64,000 nucleotides of DNA. Origin: Candidatus Thalassarchaeum betae. GTDB lineage: Archaea > Thermoplasmatota > Poseidoniia > Poseidoniales > Thalassarchaeaceae. The translations under genes and the position numbers were made by a program. The notes under the pieces were generated by a model, which was not told the DNA's origin, did not search any database, and saw nothing but the letters and a program-made list of their open reading frames with translations. Of the stretch, positions 55,523-64,000 are shown piece by piece (position 1 is the first letter of the stretch; the number at the start of each line of letters is the position of its first letter). Location: assembly GCA_003193925.1 (NCBI GenBank), contig PSPG01000007.1, positions 1 to 64,000 on the forward strand, written 5' to 3'.

Positions 55523-56785
55523 ATGAGCGGCATAGGTTACATCGAACTGCTCAGGAGGAACGCCCCCTTCCGCCGTCTCTTCGCCTTCAACGAGATCTCG
55601 TTCATCGGCGACTGGTTCACCGTCATCGCCCTGTTCATAATGGCTGGGCAGGCCACCGACAACTCGCCTTTGGCAATCGCGGGCGTGCTGGCCGCGAGGA
55701 GTTTCTCGCTGGCGCTGGCCACGCCGTTCACAGGCATGCTCGCTGACCGGTACTCACGCAAGGGGCTCATGGTGGGTGCCAATGTCGCTTCCTTCGTCGT
55801 GCTGGTCGTAGTGCTGGGATTCGACCTGCTGGAGAGCCTGACATCGGTGTACGCCCTCGCTGTGGTGATGGTGGCTGCGAGGGCGATGTTCGACCCTGCT
55901 GAGTACGCCTACCTGCCGAACATCTGCGACGAGCAGGAGCTCCTGACGGCCAACGCCCTGACCTCGGGGGGCTGGTCGGTCGCCTTGGGCGTGGGTTCCG
56001 CAATCGGCGGCCTGACCATCTCGCTCTACGGCATCGAGACCGCCTTGTGGATCGACACGGCGACCTTCGCTGTGGCCGCTCTGGGAATCATGACCCTGCC
56101 TTCTGGCGGGCCGGACACCTCGGAGCGCAAGGCGGCGAGACTAGGGGTTGTGCTCGGGGAGATGACGGCGGGATGGAGGCACATCCTCGAGAGCCCGCCG
56201 CTTCGCAGGGTGGTCTTCGCCAAGGGGCTGTGGGCATCCGGTGGCGGGGCACAGGTGTTCCTCCTCATCATCATCGGCATGGAGGCCGGCTTTGGGGATA
56301 TGGCGGCCGGCATAGGCATCCTGTTCATGGTTAGGGGCTTCGGTTCCGGGTTCGGGCCCGTGGCGGGCCGGCCGCTGATGGAGAGCCCGAGGCTGAGGCC
56401 CTACCTCATCGGGCTGTCCGTCGGCGTCAGTGGCCTCTTCTACATCGCCGTCTCTGCCGTGGAGTGGACCGATTTCATCCTCGTTCTGGTGTTCCTCGCC
56501 CACGCCGCCAGCGGCTTGAACTGGGTGCTGTCAACCACTTTCCTGCAAGAGCGGACGGCGGACGAGTGGCGGGGCAGGGTCGCGGGCACCGACCATTTCG
56601 GGATCACCCTGATGATGGGCGTCTCCGCGTTGGCGGCGGGGCTCATCATGCAGTACGAGCTGCTCGGTCTCAGGGAAGTCATCGCCCTGACCGGTATGGT
56701 GCAGATCACCCTCGGGCTGGTTTGGATCGCACTGGCATCTCCCCATGAGAGGAAGATGCTAGACCAGCCTCTGCAGTCCGGCTAG
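55523..56785 (+). CDS. MFS transporter (MFS_3/DHA3-like)
   Basis: FRRLF..ISFIGDWF, GMLADRYSRK, about 12 TM. Confidence 0.9.
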   Translation: MSGIGYIELLRRNAPFRRLFAFNEISFIGDWFTVIALFIMAGQATDNSPLAIAGVLAARSFSLALATPFTGMLADRYSRKGLMVGANVASFVVLVVVLGFDLLESLTSVYALAVVMVAARAMFDPAEYAYLPNICDEQELLTANALTSGGWSVALGVGSAIGGLTISLYGIETALWIDTATFAVAALGIMTLPSGGPDTSERKAARLGVVLGEMTAGWRHILESPPLRRVVFAKGLWASGGGAQVFLLIIIGMEAGFGDMAAGIGILFMVRGFGSGFGPVAGRPLMESPRLRPYLIGLSVGVSGLFYIAVSAVEWTDFILVLVFLAHAASGLNWVLSTTFLQERTADEWRGRVAGTDHFGITLMMGVSALAAGLIMQYELLGLREVIALTGMVQITLGLVWIALASPHERKMLDQPLQSG

Positions 56786-57568
56786 GACTAGCAGAGGCGC
56801 GATCGAGAAGGCGATGTCGCGTATGAGCGAGCGAGTGGACGCGCGGGCGCGGGCTGTGATTCGCGCCTGGATGTCCTTGTCCAGCCTGTCCATGGCCACC
56901 GAGGCGGGGCCCCTGACCTTTTCCAGCACTGACTCGATAGCGTCCGCGCCCATGTCGAGCAGGTTGGAGACCAAGTCGGTGACAAGGTTCTGTCGAGGGG
57001 CCGGAGTGAGCTCGCCATCGACCATGTGCTCGACGTCGATGATGTTCCTCCACGGGCGCGGTATCTCGATCTCCTTGACTCCCTTGAGTATCTCGCGCCC
57101 GACCACCGCCGTCTGTACGACCAACTTGGCGGTGCTGAGGTTGTACTTCGCGAGCGTCTGAATGTCCCGGCGCGAACGTGTGACCTTGTTGAAGTCGGTG
57201 ATCAGCCAAGCGGCCCCAGCTACGAGCAGTAGGATGACGCCGATCTGCGGCGTGTTCTCCCAACTCGGCCATCCGATGGGGCCGAACCAGACGCGGGCGC
57301 CGACGGCGACTATCGCAGGGAGCATGAAGGCGAGGACCTCGTTGGTGACGATCAGCCAGAAGCCCTCGATCGGCAGTTGCTTCAGCCTTGCGAAGAACCA
57401 CTTGACGTGCTTGGTCCTCTCACCGGGTGGGGCATAGGTGTTGACCAGGTCGACGAGCGGAGGAGCGACGAAGACTATCCTCATGATGAACGGAATGGCG
57501 AGCATCAGCAGGTAGGCATCCCAAGGCGAAGCCGGGGGCAGGCTGGGAAAGGCGATGGCCTCTGCCAT
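56759..57568 (-). CDS. Hypothetical membrane protein
   Basis: Long ORF with host-like codon use and 3-4 hydrophobic segments; no motif recognised. Confidence 0.65.
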   Translation of the reverse strand: MAEAIAFPSLPPASPWDAYLLMLAIPFIMRIVFVAPPLVDLVNTYAPPGERTKHVKWFFARLKQLPIEGFWLIVTNEVLAFMLPAIVAVGARVWFGPIGWPSWENTPQIGVILLLVAGAAWLITDFNKVTRSRRDIQTLAKYNLSTAKLVVQTAVVGREILKGVKEIEIPRPWRNIIDVEHMVDGELTPAPRQNLVTDLVSNLLDMGADAIESVLEKVRGPASVAMDRLDKDIQARITARARASTRSLIRDIAFSIAPLLVLAGLQRLV

Positions 57569-57610
57569 GGACTGCAATGGCAACTGACTGCCATCAACCT
57601 CACTACGGCT

Positions 57611-58045
57611 TCACATCGATGATTCGCGCAAGGTCGCTGCTTGGGTCATAGCCGACCTGACCAGCACGAAGGCGATTATCGCGCCGCCGCCGAAGGCCAA
57701 GCCGATGTACCGGTGTGTGTCGAAGAACAGCAGTGCGATCCCGACCAGAGACAGGTACGAGACCATCTGGCAGATGAGGGAGAGCCTCAGGAGCATGATG
57801 TACTCGATGTCGTGGGCGTTCTCGAACTCGTGGATGTAGGAGTTGATGAGGAAGAAGATGGCTTGGAACGGGAGGGCAGCGGCCAGAATGGCCAGACCGA
57901 CAACAGTGAGCATGTCGGGATTGTCCTTGCTCAGTTCCAAGCCCCGGAACAGCAGGTAACCCGTGTTCAGTCCTATGATGGCGGCGTGGATGGCCCACGC
58001 CTTGTCCGAAGTAGGGCTCTCGGCTCGGGCGCTTTCGGGAACCAC
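57611..58045 (-). CDS. Hypothetical four-TM membrane protein
   Basis: Four hydrophobic segments; start uncertain. Confidence 0.65.
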   Translation of the reverse strand: MVPESARAESPTSDKAWAIHAAIIGLNTGYLLFRGLELSKDNPDMLTVVGLAILAAALPFQAIFFLINSYIHEFENAHDIEYIMLLRLSLICQMVSYLSLVGIALLFFDTHRYIGLAFGGGAIIAFVLVRSAMTQAATLRESSM

Positions 58046-58157
58046 GAGCGCTCTCGGCTTCGTGGCACAGTTGAATATTACTCTCGATGAGTCGGCCTCT
58101 AGTGGTGTTATCGGGGAGGTGCTTGCTCATCCAGCACTTCCAGACAGGTGGAATCCT

Positions 58158-59597
58158 TCAGGGAATATCCCCCACATGACCATCCGCTTCCAGCAGCGCC
58201 GCCGTCCAGTCATTTTGAAAGACGCCTTGCGGATCAAGCGTATTGCAGACGGTGCGGAAATCATCGAACCGGGGGTAGAGAGAGGTCAGCTCGTCGGCCT
58301 CCAGTGGGCAGACTTTGCCCCAGTGCGGGCGCGCATGGAACAGTCGTGACATGCTTCGGGCCATGAAGCTCGCGAACAGGGAAAAACCAGCACGCCGTGC
58401 TGGCCTCGCGTAGCTGATGAAACTCAGCGCGTACCAGTCCTGCTCCCCGCCGCTGGCCATCGAGATCAAGGTGTCATCGGGAAGCACCCGCCGCACGCAG
58501 ATGGGGTAGTGGTGGCAGTACTTGTCGTGAAGCTCGGCCAGAGCCTCTTGCATGCCGAGCTCCTCGATTCGCTGCTGGTTGTCTGCGGACAACGCTGACT
58601 CCCTCCCGCCAGCAACCTTGATGACTTCTTGGGCAAACCCGAGCGCGTCCACCAACTGGTCTCTGAGCACGAACAACTCGATCTCAATGTGCCGAAAGGC
58701 CTCGTGCCTCATCACCAGCATGGACGAGGAGCGGTCCGTGACCTTCCAGTTGCGAATCAGGAATACCGGGACGAGGCGCCGAAAGTAAAACCGGACCAAA
58801 CGCCGACTTCGCAGCACGCGTTCCAGGAACAAGATCGGAAGGTGCAAGCCATAGTCCATCACCCCCAGCCAGTAGAGCCGGTACAGCCTGGCGAGGCGGG
58901 AACGCGGCCGGTCATGCTCACGCCGGTGTTGGCTGAAGTAGGACCAGTGCCAGGGGACGAGGTAGAACTGCTGGAGCGGAAATGACGCTTCGGCATCCAG
59001 GACGTCCGACAGCCGACGGGACTCGGTGAAATGCTCCTGTACGTTGTACTGTGCGCGGCAGCGGAGCTTCACGGCCAGGATGATTCCGAGCGAACCCAGT
59101 GAACAGCGAGCTGCCTGCAGCGGTTCTCCGGCGCTCAACTCCTCGATGATCGCCTGGCCGGTGGAAGCGTCATAGCGCGCCAGCCGCACCCCCACCACAT
59201 AGTGCGACATGCTCTGGCGTCCCGAACCGTGAGTGCCGGTGGAGATCGCCCCGGCGATCGTCTGGGCCGTGATCAGACCCAGCGAATGCAGGGTGGCGCC
59301 GTCGCGATCGAGCTCTTTGAGAAGGCGCTTGATCTGGCATCCGGCCCCAACCGTGGCAACGAACTGGTCGCCGTCGGGCTCGAGCAGGACGTCGTTCAAC
59401 CGTCGCAGGTCCAGCAGCACGCCGTCGCCGAGGACCGCATCGCTCCAGCTATGCAATCTGCCGACGGCGCGGATGCTCTGGCCGCGGTGCCTGTCGAGGA
59501 TCTGCAGGACTTCCTGCTCGTCGGCTGGGGTGTAGGCCGCCGAAGGCTTCAGCACCTGGTTGCGGCCGAAGTTCTTGCGATGCACGCCCTGAACCAC
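58158..59597 (-). CDS. FAD-linked sugar-lactone oxidase family (ALO/GULO-like)
   Basis: IRAVGRLHSWS, QTIAGAISTGTHGSG, RCSLGSLGII, C-terminal ARPHWGK...LYPRFDDF...DPQGVFQN. Confidence 0.88.
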   Translation of the reverse strand: MVQGVHRKNFGRNQVLKPSAAYTPADEQEVLQILDRHRGQSIRAVGRLHSWSDAVLGDGVLLDLRRLNDVLLEPDGDQFVATVGAGCQIKRLLKELDRDGATLHSLGLITAQTIAGAISTGTHGSGRQSMSHYVVGVRLARYDASTGQAIIEELSAGEPLQAARCSLGSLGIILAVKLRCRAQYNVQEHFTESRRLSDVLDAEASFPLQQFYLVPWHWSYFSQHRREHDRPRSRLARLYRLYWLGVMDYGLHLPILFLERVLRSRRLVRFYFRRLVPVFLIRNWKVTDRSSSMLVMRHEAFRHIEIELFVLRDQLVDALGFAQEVIKVAGGRESALSADNQQRIEELGMQEALAELHDKYCHHYPICVRRVLPDDTLISMASGGEQDWYALSFISYARPARRAGFSLFASFMARSMSRLFHARPHWGKVCPLEADELTSLYPRFDDFRTVCNTLDPQGVFQNDWTAALLEADGHVGDIP

Positions 59598-59635
59598 GCA
59601 CCTGCGAAGGACGGATCAGTATTGAAATCCTCGAC

Positions 59636-60157
59636 TTACCCATAGAGGTGCGAGAACTTGGCACGCACCTTCGCCAACTTCGGAGACACCACCATCTGAC
59701 AGTACGGGTTCATGGGATTATTTGAGAAATAATCGACGTGATAAGTTTCTGCCGGCCAGAACCTCTCCAGCGGCACTACCTCGGTGACGATGGGGTCGGT
59801 GTAGTGGTCCGAGTAATCCTCGATAACGGCTAATGCCTCCTCGCGTTGTTCTTGGTCGAAGTAGAGTATGATGCTCCTGTATTGGGGACCCACGTCATTC
59901 CCCTGTCTATTGAGTTGTGTACTATCATGGATGCAGAAGAACACATCGAATAATTGTCTGCGGGAGATCACCCCGGGGTCGTACGTGATCATCACGACCT
60001 CGGCGTGCCCGGTGCGCTTGTCGCAGACCTGCTCGTAAGTCGGGTTGTCGACGTGCCCACCGGAGTATCCCGGCACCGCCTCGCTGACTCCGCGGAGTCC
60101 CTTCAGCGCTCCCTCGACGCACCAGAAGCAGCCGCCGCCGAGAACGATGCTCTCCAT
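59636..60157 (-). CDS. msrA: Peptide methionine sulfoxide reductase A
   Basis: GGGCFWCVE, GYSGG...PTYEQVC..TGHAE, NRQGNDVGPQYRS, FWPAETYH. Confidence 0.96.
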   Translation of the reverse strand: MESIVLGGGCFWCVEGALKGLRGVSEAVPGYSGGHVDNPTYEQVCDKRTGHAEVVMITYDPGVISRRQLFDVFFCIHDSTQLNRQGNDVGPQYRSIILYFDQEQREEALAVIEDYSDHYTDPIVTEVVPLERFWPAETYHVDYFSNNPMNPYCQMVVSPKLAKVRAKFSHLYG

Positions 60158-60161
60158 CGCC

Positions 60162-61625
60162 TCACCTGCGGTAATTGGGCGCCTCGCGGGTGATCTCAAT
60201 GTCGTGGACATGGCTCTCGGAGAGGCCCGCGTTGGTGATTCGGACGAAGTTGCAGTTGACCTTCATCTCGGCGATGGAGCCGTTGCCGGTGTAGCCCATT
60301 GACGAGCGCAGCCCACCGATCATCTGGTAGAGGGCGTTCTCAACTGGCCCCCTCGCAGGCACCCTGCCCTCGATGCCCTCGGGGACGTACTTACGGGTGT
60401 CGTCCTGTTCGGACTGGAAGTATCTCTCGTGCGCTCCCTCGCTCATCGCACCCAGCGAGCCCATTCCCCGATAGACCTTGTACGAACGGCCCTGGTAGAG
60501 GATTATCTCGCCGGGCGACTCGTCGGTGCCTGCCAGCAGCGAGCCGGCCATCACTGAGTCGGCGCCAGCGGCGATTGCCTTGGCGATGTCGCCGCTGTAC
60601 TTGATGCCGCCATCGGCGATGACGGGGATGCCGTGCCGGCTGCAGACCTCCACGACGCTCTGGACGGCGGTCAACTGCGGCACGCCGACCCCGGAGACTA
60701 TCCTGGTCGTACAGATAGAGCCCGGCCCTATGCCGACCTTCACCGCGTCTGCACCGGCCTCGATGAGCATCTCGGCGGCCTCCCCGGTGGCGATGTTGCC
60801 GGCGATGATCTGAGCGTCCTCGGGAGCCTGCTCTCGAATCGCCCTGACCGCGTCGATGACGCCGTGCGAGTGGCCGTGGGCGGTGTCGATTACCACGGCG
60901 TCAGCGTCGGCCTCGTACAGCGCCAGCGCACGCGCCACGCCCTTGTCGCCGGTGCCGGTGGCGGCTGCGACCCGCAATCGGCCCCGAGAGTCCTTGCAGG
61001 ACTTCGGATTATCGCGACTGCGCTGGATGTCCAGAACCGTCATCATCCCGGCGCAGCCACCGTCATCGTCCACGACGATGAGCCTCTCGATGCGGTGCTG
61101 GTGCAGGAGCTTCTTGGCGAGTTCCGGGTCGACGTGCTCGGGGACGGTGACAACCTCAGTGGTCATCATCGTGGAGACCTTGACCGAGTCGTCGGAGACG
61201 AACCTGATGTCGCGGTTGGTGATGATGCCGGCCAGAGTGCCTGAGTCGTCCACCACCGGGAAGCCGGAGAAGCCGTGCTGGGACTTGACAGCCCTGAGCT
61301 CACCGATGGTGCTGTCGGGTGAGATGCTGACCGGGTCTAGGACGAGCCCGGATTCGAATCTCTTGACGCGGTAGACCTCGGCGGCCTGCGCCTCCGCGCT
61401 CATGTTGCGGTGGATCACGCCGATGCCGCCGGCCTGTGCCATGGCGATGGCCATGCCGCTCTCTGTGACGGTGTCCATCGCCGCTGAGACCAACGGGATG
61501 TTGAGCGAGATGGAATTGGTCAGGCGCGTGCCGGTGTCTACCTCTGCGGGGAGGACCGCCGATTCGGCTGGGAGCAGGAGGACGTCGTCAAAGGTCAGTG
61601 CCTCGGGTATGCCGTCTTGCGCCAT
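60162..61625 (-). CDS. guaB: IMP dehydrogenase
   Basis: [22 protein letters not shown] pair, [40 protein letters not shown]. Confidence 0.98.
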   Translation of the reverse strand: MAQDGIPEALTFDDVLLLPAESAVLPAEVDTGTRLTNSISLNIPLVSAAMDTVTESGMAIAMAQAGGIGVIHRNMSAEAQAAEVYRVKRFESGLVLDPVSISPDSTIGELRAVKSQHGFSGFPVVDDSGTLAGIITNRDIRFVSDDSVKVSTMMTTEVVTVPEHVDPELAKKLLHQHRIERLIVVDDDGGCAGMMTVLDIQRSRDNPKSCKDSRGRLRVAAATGTGDKGVARALALYEADADAVVIDTAHGHSHGVIDAVRAIREQAPEDAQIIAGNIATGEAAEMLIEAGADAVKVGIGPGSICTTRIVSGVGVPQLTAVQSVVEVCSRHGIPVIADGGIKYSGDIAKAIAAGADSVMAGSLLAGTDESPGEIILYQGRSYKVYRGMGSLGAMSEGAHERYFQSEQDDTRKYVPEGIEGRVPARGPVENALYQMIGGLRSSMGYTGNGSIAEMKVNCNFVRITNAGLSESHVHDIEITREAPNYRR

Positions 61626-61819
61626 TAGGTATGGCCTATGGCAACTCTACTTGAACGATTCTGCCACAGTGCCTGAATGTGCTGTTCGAGAGCTCGGATT
61701 GGTCGGAATCGCTGCGGAAATATCGCTTCGCAGGAGCGCCCCTCCACGAGCAATTTCCCGTAGTCCCGCCGTCGACTTCAAGAACCCCTTATGGCCGCGC
61801 CCGGCCAAGAGAGATTGTC

Positions 61820-62263
61820 ATGTACGAGCTCGCAATGATAGGCTGGCGCGAGTGGGTCGGGATACCCGAGCTCGAGGACGAGCCGCTGCTCGCCAAGATG
61901 GACACCGGAGCGTGGTCGAACACCCTCCACGCGAGTGACATCGAGGTCGTCGAGTCGGACATCGAGACCCGTGTCAGGTTCCGCCTCTCGAAGGACGGCG
62001 ATTGGGTCGAGCGGCCGCTCGCCGACTGGCGTCGCGTGCGCGATACCGGGGGCCACGACACCATGCGCCCGGTCATCCGCACCACCCTCGAGATCGCAGG
62101 CATGGACTACGACATCGAGCTCTGCCTGAAGGATCGCTCGCTGATGCGCCACAGGTTCATCCTTGGCAGGAAGTTCCTGCGCCACGGCTTCTGCGTCCAC
62201 CCGGGGCGGCAGTGCATCCACTCTAGCGCGCGCTCGTTGCCCAGGATAGTCATGCAACTCTGA
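61820..62263 (+). CDS. Retropepsin-like RimK-associated putative protease (RimB/DUF785-like)
   Basis: IGWREWV, AKMDTGA..LHA, RPVI.T, L.DRS.M..F.LGR.FL. Confidence 0.88.
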   Translation: MYELAMIGWREWVGIPELEDEPLLAKMDTGAWSNTLHASDIEVVESDIETRVRFRLSKDGDWVERPLADWRRVRDTGGHDTMRPVIRTTLEIAGMDYDIELCLKDRSLMRHRFILGRKFLRHGFCVHPGRQCIHSSARSLPRIVMQL

Positions 62264-62314
62264 GCCCCGCTGGCGAGTGCTGAAATGCTCTTGCGAGTAC
62301 GGCTGAGCGTGACG

Positions 62315-62974
62315 ATGGATGGCAGGGAGTCTGCTTACAGCCTGGTCAGCGAGCCTTCGCCGTGGTGGCTGCGTGGCCTTGCCATCATCATGGCTCTCCT
62401 AGTCATAATGATGGCGTTGGGGGCTCTCTCAGGCATCCTCACTCCCATGCTCATCGATAGGTATCTTCCCGATGACTGGGAGGAGATCGAGCCCTACCCC
62501 GAGGACGGGACGGAGGAGGATATCGCCAACTGGACTGAGGACAAGAAATTCTGGGACGAGTTGGTTGATTACATGGACGGCATGATGGGGGTGTTGGAGT
62601 TCTCCGCCTTGTACAGCGGGTTGCTCGTGATTCTGGGGCTGTTCTGCATCCCTGTTCTGTGGAAGGGCGATCGCGAGCTCGGAATCAAGCTGGTTGGAGC
62701 CTGGATAGGAATCAACCTGCTAGGAGGAGTAGTGATGATGTGGATGGTGTCTAAGGTCGGCTTCTACCCGCAGCTCGACTTCGGACCGGAGGCTGGTGGA
62801 ACTGAGATTCCTGAGGCCATCAACACGCTCAGCGCGATTGCGAGCGGCGCTCAGATTGTCATCTGCAACGGAATCCTGCTCGCTATCCTCGTCCTCGTCG
62901 CGAGTAAGTCCAAGCCCGAGACATCCTTCGACATTCCCTCTGGATTCCGTCCGAGCGAGCCTCCCCAATCTTGA
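62315..62974 (+). CDS. Hypothetical four-TM membrane protein
   Basis: Hydrophobic segments with an acidic loop; no motif recognised. Confidence 0.65.
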   Translation: MDGRESAYSLVSEPSPWWLRGLAIIMALLVIMMALGALSGILTPMLIDRYLPDDWEEIEPYPEDGTEEDIANWTEDKKFWDELVDYMDGMMGVLEFSALYSGLLVILGLFCIPVLWKGDRELGIKLVGAWIGINLLGGVVMMWMVSKVGFYPQLDFGPEAGGTEIPEAINTLSAIASGAQIVICNGILLAILVLVASKSKPETSFDIPSGFRPSEPPQS

Positions 62975-63000
62975 AGCATCTATCACTGCGTGGTAGGAGC

Positions 63001-63336
63001 ATGGAACCGATGGTACAAGGCATACTAGTGGTGAATACGGAAACGATACCGGGCATGATGATCACCGAGACTCTCGGCGTGGTCAGCGGCTCGACGGTGA
63101 GAGCGAAGAACGTCTTTAGAGACTTCACACAGGGACTCAGGAACGTCGTGGGCGGCGAGCTCGTGAAGTACACCGAGTTGCTCGAGGAGTCGCGCAATGA
63201 GGCAATCGGTCGGATGGTGTCAGATGCGACGTCCAGAGGTGCGACAGCGATAGTCAACGTCAGGTTCGCGACCTCCGCTGTAACGGCGGGTGCTGCTGAG
63301 CTATTCGCCTACGGAACCGCCGTGAAGGCAGAGTGA
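63001..63336 (+). CDS. YbjQ/UPF0145 family protein
   Basis: LGVVSGSTV, VGGEL..YTELL.ESR.EAI.RM, NVRF, ELFAYGTAVK. Confidence 0.92.
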   Translation: MEPMVQGILVVNTETIPGMMITETLGVVSGSTVRAKNVFRDFTQGLRNVVGGELVKYTELLEESRNEAIGRMVSDATSRGATAIVNVRFATSAVTAGAAELFAYGTAVKAE

Positions 63337-63989
63337 GAGCCGAGGTGATTCAGGTGATCGATAGCGACGCTCCCAGACGGAGGGTGCTGGCCATCACAGC
63401 GCTGCTCTTGGTGGTAGGCTTCGCTGGCGTGGTCTCCGCCGCAGAACATGGGGGCGGTGGTGAAAGTGGATTGGAATGGCTTCTTTGGGGCCCCTTGATT
63501 CTGTTTGGTATTATTATCACGATTATTGGCATCGTCTGGGTGGTCGGCTACCCGATTTTGCTCGCCTGGGCAGTTCTGTTCAGCGGCAAGAAGCTGGATG
63601 ACCAGATTGCCGACACTGTGCAGAGGGAGGGGCAGACGCTCGCTACTCTGGGAAGAGACCCTCTGACAACCATAGACGGCGGCTATCGCACGGACATCAC
63701 ATCGTGCGGCATCGTCTGGGCGGGTGTGGTCTACGGGCCCAGTCACTGGTTCCTATTGCGCGGGTTTCTGAACAATCTGATCGGCGGCTCGATAGACGTC
63801 TTCCAGAAGGTCGTCTCAGCCGGTAGAGCCGAGGCCATGCAGCGGCTGCGCGAGCAGGCGGTCACCCACGGCTATGACGATGTGATCAACGTACGCATAG
63901 ACACTTCTAACATGGCGCCACAGGGAGCCAAGAGCTTGGTCAAGGCCGTCGAGATCTTCGCCTACGGCACCGGCGTCAAGTACGGCTAG
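63333..63989 (+). CDS. Membrane-anchored YbjQ-family protein
   Basis: N-terminal TMs, then IGGSI...GRAEAMQRLREQA...INVRIDT...EIFAYGTGVK; GTGA overlap with the previous gene. Confidence 0.85.
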   Translation: MRAEVIQVIDSDAPRRRVLAITALLLVVGFAGVVSAAEHGGGGESGLEWLLWGPLILFGIIITIIGIVWVVGYPILLAWAVLFSGKKLDDQIADTVQREGQTLATLGRDPLTTIDGGYRTDITSCGIVWAGVVYGPSHWFLLRGFLNNLIGGSIDVFQKVVSAGRAEAMQRLREQAVTHGYDDVINVRIDTSNMAPQGAKSLVKAVEIFAYGTGVKYG

Positions 63990-64000
63990 GACTCGTCGTA

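Overview
A gene-dense, GC-rich archaeal chromosomal segment. Archaeal core genes are present (rpoK/Rpo6, radA, hel308-cgi121, Rqc2/NFACT, Taw2-like, A1-U72 initiator tRNA-Met). They sit alongside bacterial-type genes (uvrC, orn, kynA, thiN, ctaA/ctaB, msrA) and several large acidic secreted or membrane-anchored proteins. This mix best fits Marine Group II (Ca. Poseidoniales); that assignment is an inference. I can support about 55 CDS, 2 tRNAs and one truncated pcs-like fragment. I see no rRNA, CRISPR array, integrase or transposase. The most unexplained signals are: (1) the accessory locus at about 31.4-34.5 kb, containing a secreted tandem-dockerin protein, a 67-aa paralog sharing its promoter and leader, and a non-coding block of about 250 bp dense in inverted repeats and WAGGG-NN-CCC motifs; (2) a perfect 16-bp palindrome with a similar core at the point where the pcs-like gene is truncated; (3) an insertion of about 82 aa in Hel308 carrying a BRC-like FxxAS motif, about 4 kb from radA. 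All functional calls come from motif recognition by eye; no database searches were run.
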